Shown here: one piece after another, positions 63,162 to 64,000 of the stretch
How positions within the stretch are numbered: position 1 is the first letter of the stretch
Layout: every line of letters begins with the position of its first letter
Source of the DNA: Felis catus
Taxonomy: Eukaryota
DNA length: 64,000 nt
Assembly (NCBI RefSeq): GCF_018350175.1
Contig: NC_058375.1
Span: 209,560,001 to 209,624,000 of the forward strand
Direction of reading: 5' to 3'
Notes under the pieces: model-generated
The model's database searches: none
What the model was told of the DNA's origin: nothing
Seen by the model: the letters and a program-made list of their open reading frames with translations, nothing else
Program-made: the position numbers and the translations under genes

Positions 63162-63624
63162 CGCCAAACATGCCCGTTAACTGTTTCTGGGGTCCATGCC
63201 AATTCTATGGAAGTGCACGCGGGAAGAGGTAGGCGTTCCCATTTCCAAGACCCTCTTTTATTTATGACTGCCACACTGTGGCTTCAGAGTCCCAGTGGGT
63301 GTGCACTCCGTGCTCACAGCCTTACCTCTGCTGTGTCCCCTTCCCTCCTTTTTTACTAGAAGATGGCCAATCTGATTAACCAGTCCAGGCCCATATTTTC
63401 ACACGTTCCTCCTCCAAAGGAGAACAAGGATGTCCGGATGTGACACAAAAGCAAGGACTAAACCGGGGGGAGAACACCAGGCATCATGGAGTCCAAAGTA
63501 ACAGAGTGCGGGGGAGACTAGCAGGTGCCCTGTGCTCCCCCTACATGGACCATGAAAAAGAGATCAACCCCACGAAGAGCTATGCTTTATTACTTCCAGG
63601 TTTGTATCTCATCCAACTGAGCCA

Positions 63625-63725
63625 ATACTTTCGGGATGGTCTGGGACAAGTCATCTGACCTCGCTTTGCCTCCACAATTTCATAAAATGGAGAAAATATC
63701 TAGTCCTTACGATCATTTGTAAAAC
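63625..63725 (+). mobile_element. MIR fragment
   Basis: ggacaagtcatctgacctcgctttgcctc..taaaatggaga. Confidence 0.6.
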
Positions 63726-63849
63726 TCACTGAGAAAGAAGAGACTTTCCTTATGTTATTTGTGACTATTAGTCATGCCCGTTGGGCTCCAATATCTGGGA
63801 GTAAAATGAAGTCAAGAATTGGGCCCCCTTTGTTCCAGAATTAGTCAAC

Positions 63850-64000
63850 CTTTTTTTTTTAAATTTTTTTAATGCTTATTTTTGAGAGAGAGAGAGAAAG
63901 AGCAAGAAGGGGAGGTGCAGAGAGAGAAGGAGACACAGAATCCAAAGCAGGTTCCAGGCTCTGAGCTGTCAGCACAGAGCCCGACGCGGGGCTCAAACCC
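63850..64000 (-). mobile_element. Can-SINE cut by the window edge
   Basis: T tail, (GA)n tract, ctctgagctgtcagcacagagcccgacgcgggg. Confidence 0.95.

Noticed and set aside
63154-63175. p53 response element
   Set aside because: Only one good half-site (AAACATGCCC); the partner is mismatched in the core and overlaps the MER20 end.
1-64000. CRISPR array, operon or other prokaryotic system
   Set aside because: No regularly spaced repeat-spacer array and no dense long ORFs; the sequence is mammalian throughout.

Overview
This window is mammalian genomic DNA, almost certainly from a cat-family (felid) genome. The evidence is about 34 tRNA-derived carnivore SINEs of the feline SINEC_Fc type and felid-type L1 3' ends. 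There are four N gaps. I can support no protein-coding gene, tRNA, rRNA, CRISPR array or prokaryotic system, and most ORF-track entries are chance or SINE-derived. Much of the window is interspersed repeat (Can-SINEs, L1, L2, MIR, MaLR/ERVL/ERV1 solo LTRs, hAT-Charlie MITEs), including a deeply nested repeat block at about 22.6-35.5 kb. Repeat-poor islands lie at about 7.4-10.2, 21-22.6 and 46-59.5 kb. The strongest gene-like signal is a textbook minus-strand splice acceptor at 51350/51351 that opens an apparently non-coding exon, with weaker exon candidates at 59044-59311 and 21112-21420. My unverified hypothesis, from memory only, is that this is the interval between the 3' end of the lncRNA LINC-PINT and the miR-29b-1/29a cluster. 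A 15-nt miR-29a-identical motif without a hairpin occurs at 14425-14439. I did not find a new biological system I can defend. Repeat subfamily names come from recalled consensus sequences, and boundaries are approximate unless target-site duplications (TSDs) are given.
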